The notes under the pieces: model-generated | What the model saw: only the letters and a program-made list of their open reading frames with translations | Told to the model about the DNA's origin: nothing | The model's database searches: none | Part shown: positions 17,177-26,068 of the stretch, in pieces | Layout of the letters: each line of letters starts with the position of its first letter | Position numbering within the stretch: position 1 is the stretch's first letter | Program-made: the position numbers and the translations under genes | Origin: Candidatus Hydrothermarchaeota archaeon | GTDB taxonomy: Archaea; CAYFZR01 | Length of the DNA stretch: 64,000 bases | Assembly (NCBI GenBank): GCA_046760505.1 | Contig: JBHIEG010000008.1 | Coordinates: forward strand, 1-64,000 | Direction: 5' to 3'

Positions 17177-18596
17177 TATTTACCTCCTTTGAATATCTTT
17201 TAATGTAATGCAAATTCCCCTCGTGGTCAAATATTTCGATTTCACTACAAAATCTGCCTATTCTATGTGTAGCACATGAGAGACAAGGATCATGGGCTCT
17301 GACTGCAATTTCTATTAGATTTAACTTATTTTCATCCACTTTGCCGTCGCTGATTGCTTTTCTAGAAGCGTCTAAAATTGCCTGATTAATCGCCTTGTTG
17401 TTAATCTGCGTAGCCACTATTATATTCGCCCCCTTTATCCTACCCTTTTCATCTATCTCATAATGATGTATTAAAGTACCTCTAGGTGCCTCAACATGAC
17501 CTATTCCCACATTTTTGTACTCTCCTATATCTGCCCTGTATTCTCCATTCAAATCCTCAGATGATAGTTCTAGAGCCTTTTCAGATGCATACAACAACTC
17601 TATGAGCCTAGCATAATGATAAAGTAGAGTTGCGTGAGCCGGTCTCCCATAAGTCTCTCTAAAAATCTCAAGTTCTTCCTGTGCTCTTGGAGTTTCCATT
17701 TTTTCAGTAAGATTTATCCTAGCAAGTGTATTGACTCTAAAAGTGCCATTTTCATAGCCCGCTTTCTTATAGTAGGGGAACTTCATATACGTCCATTTTT
17801 CAGCCCTCTCTGCGATGAATTCAATATAATCTTGAGTCTTGAATTTCTCAATCAAATTGCCTTCAGGATCCATTATACAAAGGTCTCCTTCATAATAATT
17901 CATGCAGCCATTTTTTAGGGTTCCAAGGAAGTATGTTTCAAAGACTGCTAAATTTTCAATTAATTCATTGTACTTCTCAAATATACCTTTTCCTAATTCT
18001 AAAGTGAATTCTGCTAGATCTAAGGATTCTTTTGCGAGTTCTCTAACCTTTAATAAGGTTTTTTCATCTGGTAAATTTGCAACTCCGCCAGGAACAGCTA
18101 CGATTGGATGTATTTGCTGACCGCCGAGTAATTTGTTAATTGTCTGACCATTACTCCTTAATTTAAGGGCTTTTTTTGCCAATTCAGGTTGTTTTTTCGC
18201 AATACCTAAAACATTTCTCTCCTCGCTTGGAGAATCCGGACCCATTATAAAATCAGGTCCAGCCAGAATGAAAAAAGAAAGTGCATGACTGTGAATCATA
18301 TGACCAAGGTACATCAATTCTCTAATTTTTTTTGCTGTTTCAGGGATTTCAACATCAAATAAATCATCCACAGCTTTTGCGCTTGCTAGATGATGGGCTG
18401 AAGGACAAACACCACATATTCTTGGAGTTATTCTCGGCATTTCCTCAACACGATAACCTTCCAAAAATTTTTCAAACCCTCTAAGTTCCATGACTTGGAA
18501 TCTGGCATCGTTTACTTCCCCTTTATCATCTAAGAAGAGAGAAACTTTGGCATGGCCTTCAATTCTTGTTACAGGCTCAATAACAATTTTTTTCAT
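17169..18596 (-). CDS. Second [NiFe]-hydrogenase large subunit (group 3c/MvhA-like)
   Basis: TRIEGHA, L1 RICGVC, EAPRG, L2 DPCLSCATH plus extension. Confidence 0.93.
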   Translation of the reverse strand: MKKIVIEPVTRIEGHAKVSLFLDDKGEVNDARFQVMELRGFEKFLEGYRVEEMPRITPRICGVCPSAHHLASAKAVDDLFDVEIPETAKKIRELMYLGHMIHSHALSFFILAGPDFIMGPDSPSEERNVLGIAKKQPELAKKALKLRSNGQTINKLLGGQQIHPIVAVPGGVANLPDEKTLLKVRELAKESLDLAEFTLELGKGIFEKYNELIENLAVFETYFLGTLKNGCMNYYEGDLCIMDPEGNLIEKFKTQDYIEFIAERAEKWTYMKFPYYKKAGYENGTFRVNTLARINLTEKMETPRAQEELEIFRETYGRPAHATLLYHYARLIELLYASEKALELSSEDLNGEYRADIGEYKNVGIGHVEAPRGTLIHHYEIDEKGRIKGANIIVATQINNKAINQAILDASRKAISDGKVDENKLNLIEIAVRAHDPCLSCATHRIGRFCSEIEIFDHEGNLHYIKRYSKEVNNA

Positions 18597-19507
18597 AACT
18601 CCTTCACCATCATTATTCTTGGCTTGGCAAGCATTATTTTTGAAGCAGCTGTAAATGTGTAAGGCATCTTTGAAGCCTCTTTCATGTGGTTAATCACTTC
18701 TTCTAGTTCTATATTTGTTATGGCACTAACTAGTTCAGCTAGAGAATAACCAACATCCTTGAATGGATTTTTCAATATTTTCTCTGATGGTCCATTACAT
18801 CCATTGCAAGGGATACCGTTGCTCGGACATTTTGCATTGCATCCGCCCATTGTAACGGATCCCATGCAGATCAATCCATGGCTTATCAAGCATTTCTCAT
18901 CGGTTATTTTCCCCTCATAACTTCTTCTCAATCTATCTAACTCAACCCTTTCCATGATTCGATTACACTCAGAACAAACGGTTTTTCTTTTTTCTCCTTT
19001 TTTATTCTCTATTACATTAGATATTGCAGTTACTATGTTCTCAGGTGTGGGGGGGCAACCAACTATGTAGAAATCCACATCCACTACTTCATCTAACGTC
19101 TTAACACTTCTTGTTAGTTCTGGCAAACCTTCTTCTTCACTCGGACACACTCCAGTATATTCAGCAGTTACAACGTCCCTATAAACTTTCTTTTTCAATT
19201 CATCAGGAGGATAAAGTCCTCCAAGCGAGAATAAACCTCCATGACAGGCACATGTACCAAATGCAATTAGTGTATCTGCCTTCTCTCTCATTATCTTGGC
19301 TTTTTCTTCGTTTTCTGAATTTCTTATGCACCCACTCACTATGGCAACGTCACACTTAGGAAGTTCTTTTATGTCCATAAGTACTGGAGAATAAACGACT
19401 TCTACCTGTTCTAGGAGAGATAATAGATTTTCATCTAAGTCTAGGATTCCGATCTCGCATCCCCCGCAGATTGCTAACCATTCTGTTGCCAATGTCAATT
19501 TTGACAT
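18593..19507 (-). CDS. Second [NiFe]-hydrogenase small subunit (MvhG-like)
   Basis: ICGGCE, FGTCACHGG, GCPP, CSEC, CLISHGLICMGSVTMGGCNAKCP..GIPCNGCNGP; no Tat signal. Confidence 0.92.
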   Translation of the reverse strand: MSKLTLATEWLAICGGCEIGILDLDENLLSLLEQVEVVYSPVLMDIKELPKCDVAIVSGCIRNSENEEKAKIMREKADTLIAFGTCACHGGLFSLGGLYPPDELKKKVYRDVVTAEYTGVCPSEEEGLPELTRSVKTLDEVVDVDFYIVGCPPTPENIVTAISNVIENKKGEKRKTVCSECNRIMERVELDRLRRSYEGKITDEKCLISHGLICMGSVTMGGCNAKCPSNGIPCNGCNGPSEKILKNPFKDVGYSLAELVSAITNIELEEVINHMKEASKMPYTFTAASKIMLAKPRIMMVKEL

Positions 19508-19981
19508 TTAATCCTCCTCAAAGATCAATTTTTTTAGACAGGCGTTTATTCCCGCCTTCTCAATCTCTAAATCAACTCTTTTCCCTAGAACTACACCAAG
19601 TGCTCCAACAATGTACCCATGAGTCAAATAACAAAGTATCCCTTCTTGTTCAATTCCTTCTCTCATTAGAGTATTCCTGATGGGACAATGTCTGAATACT
19701 AGCTCACAACACAATCTCCCATCTTCGTCGATAAACATATATTCATCTCTTTCACTTCTTTTAAAAAGTTCAATTTCCCATGCACCTTCAAATAGCCTGC
19801 TAATCTCATCAATTGCTTCATTCAGATCTTCTGTTCTTCTAGCCTTAGATGCAAGCTCAATTCCAAGGGATTTTCCCGAATTATAGCTCATTGACTTTGC
19901 CCCAAAGCCGAGAGTATCCTCCAATGACGTAGCAAAACTACCCAAAATCGTCATTAGGAAATGGGTATCTTTTTCTATCAT
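19508..19981 (-). CDS. V4R / methanogen output domain (MetOD1)-like protein
   Basis: GKSLG helix motif, FRHCPIR...ILCYLTHGYIVGAL...ACLKKL three-Cys pattern. Confidence 0.7.
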   Translation of the reverse strand: MIEKDTHFLMTILGSFATSLEDTLGFGAKSMSYNSGKSLGIELASKARRTEDLNEAIDEISRLFEGAWEIELFKRSERDEYMFIDEDGRLCCELVFRHCPIRNTLMREGIEQEGILCYLTHGYIVGALGVVLGKRVDLEIEKAGINACLKKLIFEED

Positions 19982-20023
19982 TTTGCTTTACCCCATTTTA
20001 TTTTACCCTTTTTATCCTGCTCT

Positions 20024-20467
20024 TTACTCTACTTTCTTCACACATTTTTCATTAGTCTCAACTATCTTCACATCTCTCTTTTCATTGGTAAGATGGCTCA
20101 ATGTTCCCGCAATGATACCATTTACCAAAAAACAAGGTGCTCCTCCTTTTTCAACACCTCTTTCTTTAAGAGCATTACCAAGCGGGCAGGAATTAATTTT
20201 TAGAGTTATGCTTCCTTCATCTGACTCTATTTGATAGTCTTTTAACCCTATTATATCTAACAACTCTTTTATTTGTTCCAAAATATTTTCTTTAGTTATC
20301 AGTCTTGAATATCTCTCCCCATATCTTTTACTTGATTGATAACAAATTCCCTTGCCACCAGCCCCTATAAGATCCTCTACCGTCTCATCCACTGCTGTTA
20401 TAAGTATTTTAAGTGCCTCATGCATTCTTGCATAATCATCCTCATCAGGAGTTACGTGGAGAATCAC
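20024..20467 (-). CDS. Second V4R / MetOD1-like protein (GTG start at 20467; ORF track 20566)
   Basis: INSCPLG...APCFLVNGIIAGTL...EKCVKK; TATA-like AAAGTATATAAAA about 35 nt upstream of the GTG. Confidence 0.65.
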   Translation of the reverse strand: MILHVTPDEDDYARMHEALKILITAVDETVEDLIGAGGKGICYQSSKRYGERYSRLITKENILEQIKELLDIIGLKDYQIESDEGSITLKINSCPLGNALKERGVEKGGAPCFLVNGIIAGTLSHLTNEKRDVKIVETNEKCVKKVE

Positions 20468-20692
20468 CGTTATCCCTTTATAATTTAATATAATGAGTTT
20501 TATATACTTTATCTCAACGATTATGGTTAAAATCCTCAAAAATATAGCGCTTATTTTCAATATCAAGAAATAAAATTACAAAGTAGTAATTATTTCCATT
20601 GAAGTATGTGAAATAACATTTAAGAATCAGTAAAAATAAAAACAAAAGATTCAAATTCCATAAAAGTATAGTAAGATGTGCTGGTGAAGGAA

Positions 20693-21400
20693 ATGAAGCA
20701 ATCAAACTTAAATACCGCGGAAGAATGGACTGAGAAGGGATACTCCTTTGAAAAGGATGGCTTGTTTGAAAAAGCAGTTGAATGTTATGATAAAGCGTTA
20801 GAGATCGATTCCAATTATGCAAAGGCATGGAATAATAAGGGAACCTCTCTTTTTACATTGAGAAAGTTTGGAGAAGCAATAAGATGTCTTGACAAGGCCT
20901 TAGAAATAGATCCAGATTATGCTGAGGCATGGAATAATAAAGGGATATGTCTTTTTTCCCTAAGAATGTTCGATGAAGCACTTAAATGCTTTGATAAAGC
21001 GCTGGAAATCGATCCAGAATCGCCAAACGTTTGGTTAAATAAAGGCAATGTCCTGCAAAACATGGGTAAGTACGATCAAGCCATAACATCATACGATATG
21101 GCTCTGAAATTAAATCCAAACTTGAAATGGGCATGGAGCAGTAAGGGATACACCCTCCATGGCATTGGTAATTTGAAGGAGGCAATAATCTGCTACGAAA
21201 AAGCCTTGGAGTTAGATCCCAAGCTTGCTGGAGTATGGAACAACAAGGGACTTGCTCTGAAGGATTTGGGCAGGTTGGAAGAGGCTTTAGAATGCTTCAA
21301 CAATGTTTTAGAGCTTGAACCCTCCCTCACTGTTGCCAAAGCTAATAGAGATATGGTATTAGACCTTATCAAGAAACGAGAAAAATACAGAGTTGATTAA
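20693..21400 (+). CDS. Tetratricopeptide repeat protein (about 6 TPRs)
   Basis: Repeated AWNNKG...A..C.DKALE.DP 34-aa units; GGTGA RBS before ATG 20693. Confidence 0.92.
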   Translation: MKQSNLNTAEEWTEKGYSFEKDGLFEKAVECYDKALEIDSNYAKAWNNKGTSLFTLRKFGEAIRCLDKALEIDPDYAEAWNNKGICLFSLRMFDEALKCFDKALEIDPESPNVWLNKGNVLQNMGKYDQAITSYDMALKLNPNLKWAWSSKGYTLHGIGNLKEAIICYEKALELDPKLAGVWNNKGLALKDLGRLEEALECFNNVLELEPSLTVAKANRDMVLDLIKKREKYRVD

Positions 21401-21402
21401 TA

Positions 21403-23184
21403 CTAAGCCTCTTCTTTCCTAACTTCCTCTACTCTCTTCAACTGTGCCCTGTACATCTCAACTATTTCCTCTACGCTCGTTGCTTCATTTGGTCCTTTGT
21501 CTATTCTCCATCTACCGGTAAATCTTGGAAATCTAACTGCAATCCCCGAATCCTCCCTGATTCTTCCAAATGCACATGTGTGAACAGGACTTAGTGTAAG
21601 CTCATCTCCTATTATCTCCATTACCAAATTTGGCTCAAACCAAACATCCGCCTCGAGTTCACTCTCCACGCTTGGATGTTTCTCGTCGATTTTATACGGG
21701 AGAAGCATCTCTGGAATTTTTTCCAGATCATCATCGGTAAAGCCGCTGCCAACCTTACAAACAGTATAAAACTTTTGTTCTTCTCTATCAATGACGCCTG
21801 TTAATAATGCTCCATAAGTACCTGATCTTTTTCCTCTACCTACAAAAGCTCCAACAACAACGACATCTATGGGTTCGATCATCATGGATTGATAAGAACG
21901 TTTTAGTTTGATCCAGAGCCATCCTCTTGCTCCGGCTTGGTAGACTCCGTCCAATGATTTCAGTATAAGTCCTTCACAGCCGGATGCAACTGCAAGTTCA
22001 AAGAAATTTTCAATTTCTTTGGGATCATCTGTAATTAAGGATTTTGCACATCTTATCCGTGTATTTTCTTTAACAATGCTTTTAAGTCTATTTCTTCTAT
22101 CCATGTAACTTTTTTGTGTCAGATCTTCTCCGTCTATGTAGAGTAGATCAAACAGATATAGGCTTATTGGAAATTTTTCCTTTGCCTCCTCAATTCCGTG
22201 TTTCCTTCTTCTGTGCATAAGCTGCTGGAAGGGCAGTAAATCTTCTGTATCAGGATCTACCGCAACACACTCCCCTTCTATAATTGCGTCTCTTGCCGTT
22301 ATATTTTTTTTAATCAGTTCGCTCACGTCAGGGTATTGATTTGTGATATTCTCAAGTCTTCTTGAGAAAAGAGCAATATTGTCTTTATTTTTATGTATCT
22401 GGATCCTCTCCCCATCGTATTTCCATTCACAAGCAGCTTTTCCACCAAGTTTTTCAAGAACCTCTTCTGGCGTAACAAGTCTTTGAGCCATCATCATTCT
22501 TATCGGTCTTCCAACCTTTACATGGTAGTTTCTCATTCCCTCAAGACCTTCTCTTGCTAGGGTCTTGGCTACGTCACCAAGATCCGATGTCAAGTTGTAT
22601 GCCCTCTCAATGAGTTCTCTGTTCGCTTTATCATTGGTATACGCAATCGAAAGTGCATCTAGGATTGTCATATCTGCTATACCAAGTCTTAGTTTTCCTA
22701 GAACTGCTCTTATAATGTATTTTGCCTCTTTTGGCGTTGCATCCGCCAATAAACCGGATAAAAGCCTTATCTTTAAATCTACACTTCCTGGACCCGTCGA
22801 TCTCGCTATCTTATCAAATGTCTCATAAACTTCCTTTACCGTTAAAGGCTTTGCGAAAAGAGTAGACTGCTTTTTACTTTTTGCTAGATGTTCAGCCGTT
22901 AAACCCAGGTCTCCTCTTTTCTTGAGATCCTTCTCTATTTCCTTAGTGCTGACACCAAATGCACCCGATATGGCACGAATAGCAAGTTTCTCTGCGATGC
23001 CCATTTCTAAATCCACGAAATCTGGATAAAGCTTTCCCTGAGTGAGATATGCGACCTTGTCTACAATATCTTCATCGCACTTTTTGAATAAATCTACCAA
23101 GTAATCGGTCATTTCAAGTCTTTTCGTAGTTGACTCTATGTGCTCATATACAGCTACCAACTCTGAATATTTCAAATGGGACAC
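21403..23184 (-). CDS. lig: ATP-dependent DNA ligase (archaeal replicative type)
   Basis: Motif I EWKYDGERIQ, EGLILK, WIKLK, VRFPRF; N-terminal DNA-binding domain. Confidence 0.97.
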   Translation of the reverse strand: MSHLKYSELVAVYEHIESTTKRLEMTDYLVDLFKKCDEDIVDKVAYLTQGKLYPDFVDLEMGIAEKLAIRAISGAFGVSTKEIEKDLKKRGDLGLTAEHLAKSKKQSTLFAKPLTVKEVYETFDKIARSTGPGSVDLKIRLLSGLLADATPKEAKYIIRAVLGKLRLGIADMTILDALSIAYTNDKANRELIERAYNLTSDLGDVAKTLAREGLEGMRNYHVKVGRPIRMMMAQRLVTPEEVLEKLGGKAACEWKYDGERIQIHKNKDNIALFSRRLENITNQYPDVSELIKKNITARDAIIEGECVAVDPDTEDLLPFQQLMHRRRKHGIEEAKEKFPISLYLFDLLYIDGEDLTQKSYMDRRNRLKSIVKENTRIRCAKSLITDDPKEIENFFELAVASGCEGLILKSLDGVYQAGARGWLWIKLKRSYQSMMIEPIDVVVVGAFVGRGKRSGTYGALLTGVIDREEQKFYTVCKVGSGFTDDDLEKIPEMLLPYKIDEKHPSVESELEADVWFEPNLVMEIIGDELTLSPVHTCAFGRIREDSGIAVRFPRFTGRWRIDKGPNEATSVEEIVEMYRAQLKRVEEVRKEEA

Positions 23185-23230
23185 CTAAGAAATATTTTTA
23201 TCAAATTAGGTAATACTCTTTTTGGTTGAC

Positions 23231-24355
23231 ATGGAATTAATAGAAGATCGTGTACTCCTGTTACTCTCGATTAAAGAAAAAGGCAAAAAAATTAGCATTG
23301 ATCACATTGCTGAAAAAGTAATACGCGACGAAAAAAACTGCATAAATGAATCGCAAATAAAAGATGCAATAGATCGTCTTATCTCCAAAGGACTCATCAG
23401 CGAGAGTAACAAAAATTATTATGCAACAGAAAGAGGAATTCAAGAGATAAAAGAGAGAGTAAAATCGATTGGAAATAAACTCAATCTCTCCTATCGTATG
23501 ATTTTAACAGCAAAGGAATATTATCCCCAGATCGCTGATGCAATAATTCCTTTTTTAAAAGAAAGAGCAACAAGTGTTGTAAAGATTTTTAGCGATGAAA
23601 AAGATCCTGTTAATAAAATTAAGCCTTTATTTGTAAGATATGCAAAGTATAAGCCTAAACCAGTAAATATTCAAATAAATAATACCAAAGATTTAATTAA
23701 ATACGTGGAAAGCCACGCGATAGACTTCATACCCTATATACATAGGATTAATACTAAAGATCCTGATTGGTTCGTCTTGGATTTAGATGCTGGTCCCTCC
23801 TTTGATAAACATGAAAGAGGCTTTTACTTAGTTAAATTGACCGCCAAAAAGTTAGTAGAGACTCTAGAAGAATATGAAATATCCTCTTGTATAAAGTTTA
23901 GTGGATCCAGAGGTATCCAAGTATGGTCGAGTCTGGAGAACAGTAAATTGCCCTCAGGAGATATATTCTCGCTTTATAGAAAATTTGCGCAACAAATTCA
24001 GACAAAATTGGAGGAAAAATTACAGGAGTTACCCTCAAAAACCCTTAAAGAGTTCTACGAAATTGTAAAGACAGGAAAACCTATAACCACCTCTACAGTC
24101 GCGAAAAAAGCCGAAAGATCTGATCAAATCTTAATCGACTGGAGCACGATGAAGCCATCCGGCGACGTAAGAGCCCCTTTTAGCCTGCACTATAAAACTA
24201 CCTTGGTTTCTTGCCCAATAGATCCAAAACGCCTGCTCCTGTTTGAATTATCAGAGGCAAGAACTGAAAATGTTGTGGATAATCTGGAGAGGTTAATCGA
24301 CATATTCAAACTGGAAAAATCTGATCCTTCTCAAATCATAAAAGAAGTATCATAA
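23231..24355 (+). CDS. LigD-type primase-polymerase (AEP) domain protein with N-terminal winged-helix-like region
   Basis: PDWFVLDLDAG (DxD), KFSGSRGIQV, ILIDW...RAPFSL..VSCPI motifs; in-frame TTG at 23222 is an alternative start. Confidence 0.75.
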   Translation: MELIEDRVLLLLSIKEKGKKISIDHIAEKVIRDEKNCINESQIKDAIDRLISKGLISESNKNYYATERGIQEIKERVKSIGNKLNLSYRMILTAKEYYPQIADAIIPFLKERATSVVKIFSDEKDPVNKIKPLFVRYAKYKPKPVNIQINNTKDLIKYVESHAIDFIPYIHRINTKDPDWFVLDLDAGPSFDKHERGFYLVKLTAKKLVETLEEYEISSCIKFSGSRGIQVWSSLENSKLPSGDIFSLYRKFAQQIQTKLEEKLQELPSKTLKEFYEIVKTGKPITTSTVAKKAERSDQILIDWSTMKPSGDVRAPFSLHYKTTLVSCPIDPKRLLLFELSEARTENVVDNLERLIDIFKLEKSDPSQIIKEVS

Positions 24356-24376
24356 AAGGTATGATCGGATGATAGA

Positions 24377-26035
24377 ATGAAAGACGTTTTTTTAATCGAA
24401 GTATCCTTTGAAGTGGCGAATATGGTCGGTGGAATTTACTCGGTTCTCGCCTCCAAGTCAATTAAAATGATGGAAAGATTTCCAAATTATTTGGCTATAG
24501 GTTTCTATGATCCATTTAAATCGCCTAATGATTTTATTTCTAAAAAGGCTGAGCCTGAGATAGAATACATTTTGGAAGATTTAAAAAAGGAAGGAATCGT
24601 ACCATATTACGGTCTATGGAAGGGAGGAAATTGTTCACCCTGCATATTGCTCGAAACTAAGAGTTGTGTGAACAATGAAGATATAAAAAACGATATCAAA
24701 AGAAGAAATTGGGAACTCTTTGGAATAGATAGTTTAAACTCACCGTTTACATATGATGAACCAATAGTATGGTCCGAAGCGGCCGGGAAATTAATAGAAT
24801 TGCTTATAAAGACCGATTTTTACAAAGATAAAAAATCAGTCGTTATAGCTCACGAATGGCTATCATCAGGCGTAATATTTAGAAAAAAGGCAAAAAAACT
24901 GGATTATAAAACCATATTCATGGCGCACCAGACCATGCATGGAAGAGAAGATAGCGCACTAGGAATGGAAGTTGCTTCTTTAATCGATGAGGAATTAAGA
25001 AACGGAAAGACTGTGTCTCCAAAAAGAGCCTACGAAATAAACATAGCTGCTAAACACCTTACTGAAAGGGCAGCATCGAGATACGCTGATCTCTTCGTTA
25101 CCGTATCCTATATAACTGCAAAAGAAGCAGAATACTATCTTGGAAAGGCTCCGGACATGGTTTTACCAAATGGTATTGATCTAAAAAGATTCGATAGATT
25201 AGAAAAAAATCTGAACAAAAATAAAATTTTAAGATTCATAAATGCTTTCTTTTATCCCTACTATGATTTGGAGAATATCGATTTAATAGCGCTAACTTCT
25301 GGAAGGTATGAATTCGAGAATAAAGGATTCGACCTTTTTATATCCTCATTAGCTAAGTTAAATGAAGAATTAAAGACTATTGAGGAAGAAAAGATTGTAA
25401 TAGCATTCTTTTTGGTCCCTGCAGCAGTAAAAGGTTTGAATTCCGATGTTGCGAATATTATTGAAAAATATCCAAGCGAAAAACTTCGTGAAACGTACAA
25501 AGGAATGACTCCTAGGTTGAGTACTCATGATTATCTGCAAGAAAATGATCCAATCCTCAATCTTTGCTGGAAACTTGGATTGAGAAATGAAAAAACAGAT
25601 ACGGTTAAAGTTATTGCAATTCCAGATTACATACGAAGAGACAATCCTCCAATACACCTCGATTACTTCGATTTTGTTAGCGCCTGCGATGTCGGGGTCT
25701 TCCCAAGTAAATATGAACCATTTGGTCTTACTCCCCTAGAAACCGCTGCATGTGGATGCATATCCATTACAACTGACCTAGCAGGCTTCGGTGTTGAACT
25801 ACTTTCAATGGAAAAAGGAAAAAGACACGACGGAATATACGTACTTCCAAGGAGAAATAAGAGTTTTGACGAAACTTCAAATATTCTGAAAAATTTTTTA
25901 TTCGAGCTGGCCACGATGCCAGAAAAAGATAAATCTGAATTAAAAAAGAAGTCACGTGAATTAGCAAGCATTTTCTCCTGGGACAGAGTCATTGAAAACT
26001 ACGTGAAGGCAGTTGAGAGAGTTCTTGAGGTTTGA
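24377..26035 (+). CDS. GT3-family glycogen synthase-like glycosyltransferase
   Basis: EVANMVGGIYSV, AHEW, SGRYEFENKGFDLFI, VFPSKYEPFGLTPLE. Confidence 0.85.
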   Translation: MKDVFLIEVSFEVANMVGGIYSVLASKSIKMMERFPNYLAIGFYDPFKSPNDFISKKAEPEIEYILEDLKKEGIVPYYGLWKGGNCSPCILLETKSCVNNEDIKNDIKRRNWELFGIDSLNSPFTYDEPIVWSEAAGKLIELLIKTDFYKDKKSVVIAHEWLSSGVIFRKKAKKLDYKTIFMAHQTMHGREDSALGMEVASLIDEELRNGKTVSPKRAYEINIAAKHLTERAASRYADLFVTVSYITAKEAEYYLGKAPDMVLPNGIDLKRFDRLEKNLNKNKILRFINAFFYPYYDLENIDLIALTSGRYEFENKGFDLFISSLAKLNEELKTIEEEKIVIAFFLVPAAVKGLNSDVANIIEKYPSEKLRETYKGMTPRLSTHDYLQENDPILNLCWKLGLRNEKTDTVKVIAIPDYIRRDNPPIHLDYFDFVSACDVGVFPSKYEPFGLTPLETAACGCISITTDLAGFGVELLSMEKGKRHDGIYVLPRRNKSFDETSNILKNFLFELATMPEKDKSELKKKSRELASIFSWDRVIENYVKAVERVLEV

Positions 26036-26068
26036 TTTATTAAGAATTAAAAATAAAGAGCATTAAAA

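Noticed and set aside
10007-18596. Selenocysteine recoding in HdrA, MvhD or hydrogenase large subunits
   Set aside because: All relevant positions are Cys codons in uninterrupted ORFs; no in-frame TGA.
19983-20234. 83-aa plus-strand ORF
   Set aside because: Antisense to the V4R-like gene, which fits the operon and has a Cys pattern paralogous to its neighbour.
20483-20510. ATATAA-N6-TTATAT dif-like repeat
   Set aside because: Overlaps the likely TATA box in very AT-rich DNA and the outer arms do not pair.
20790-21330. About 102-bp periodic DNA repeats
   Set aside because: Explained by TPR protein repeats; not CRISPR or another non-coding array.
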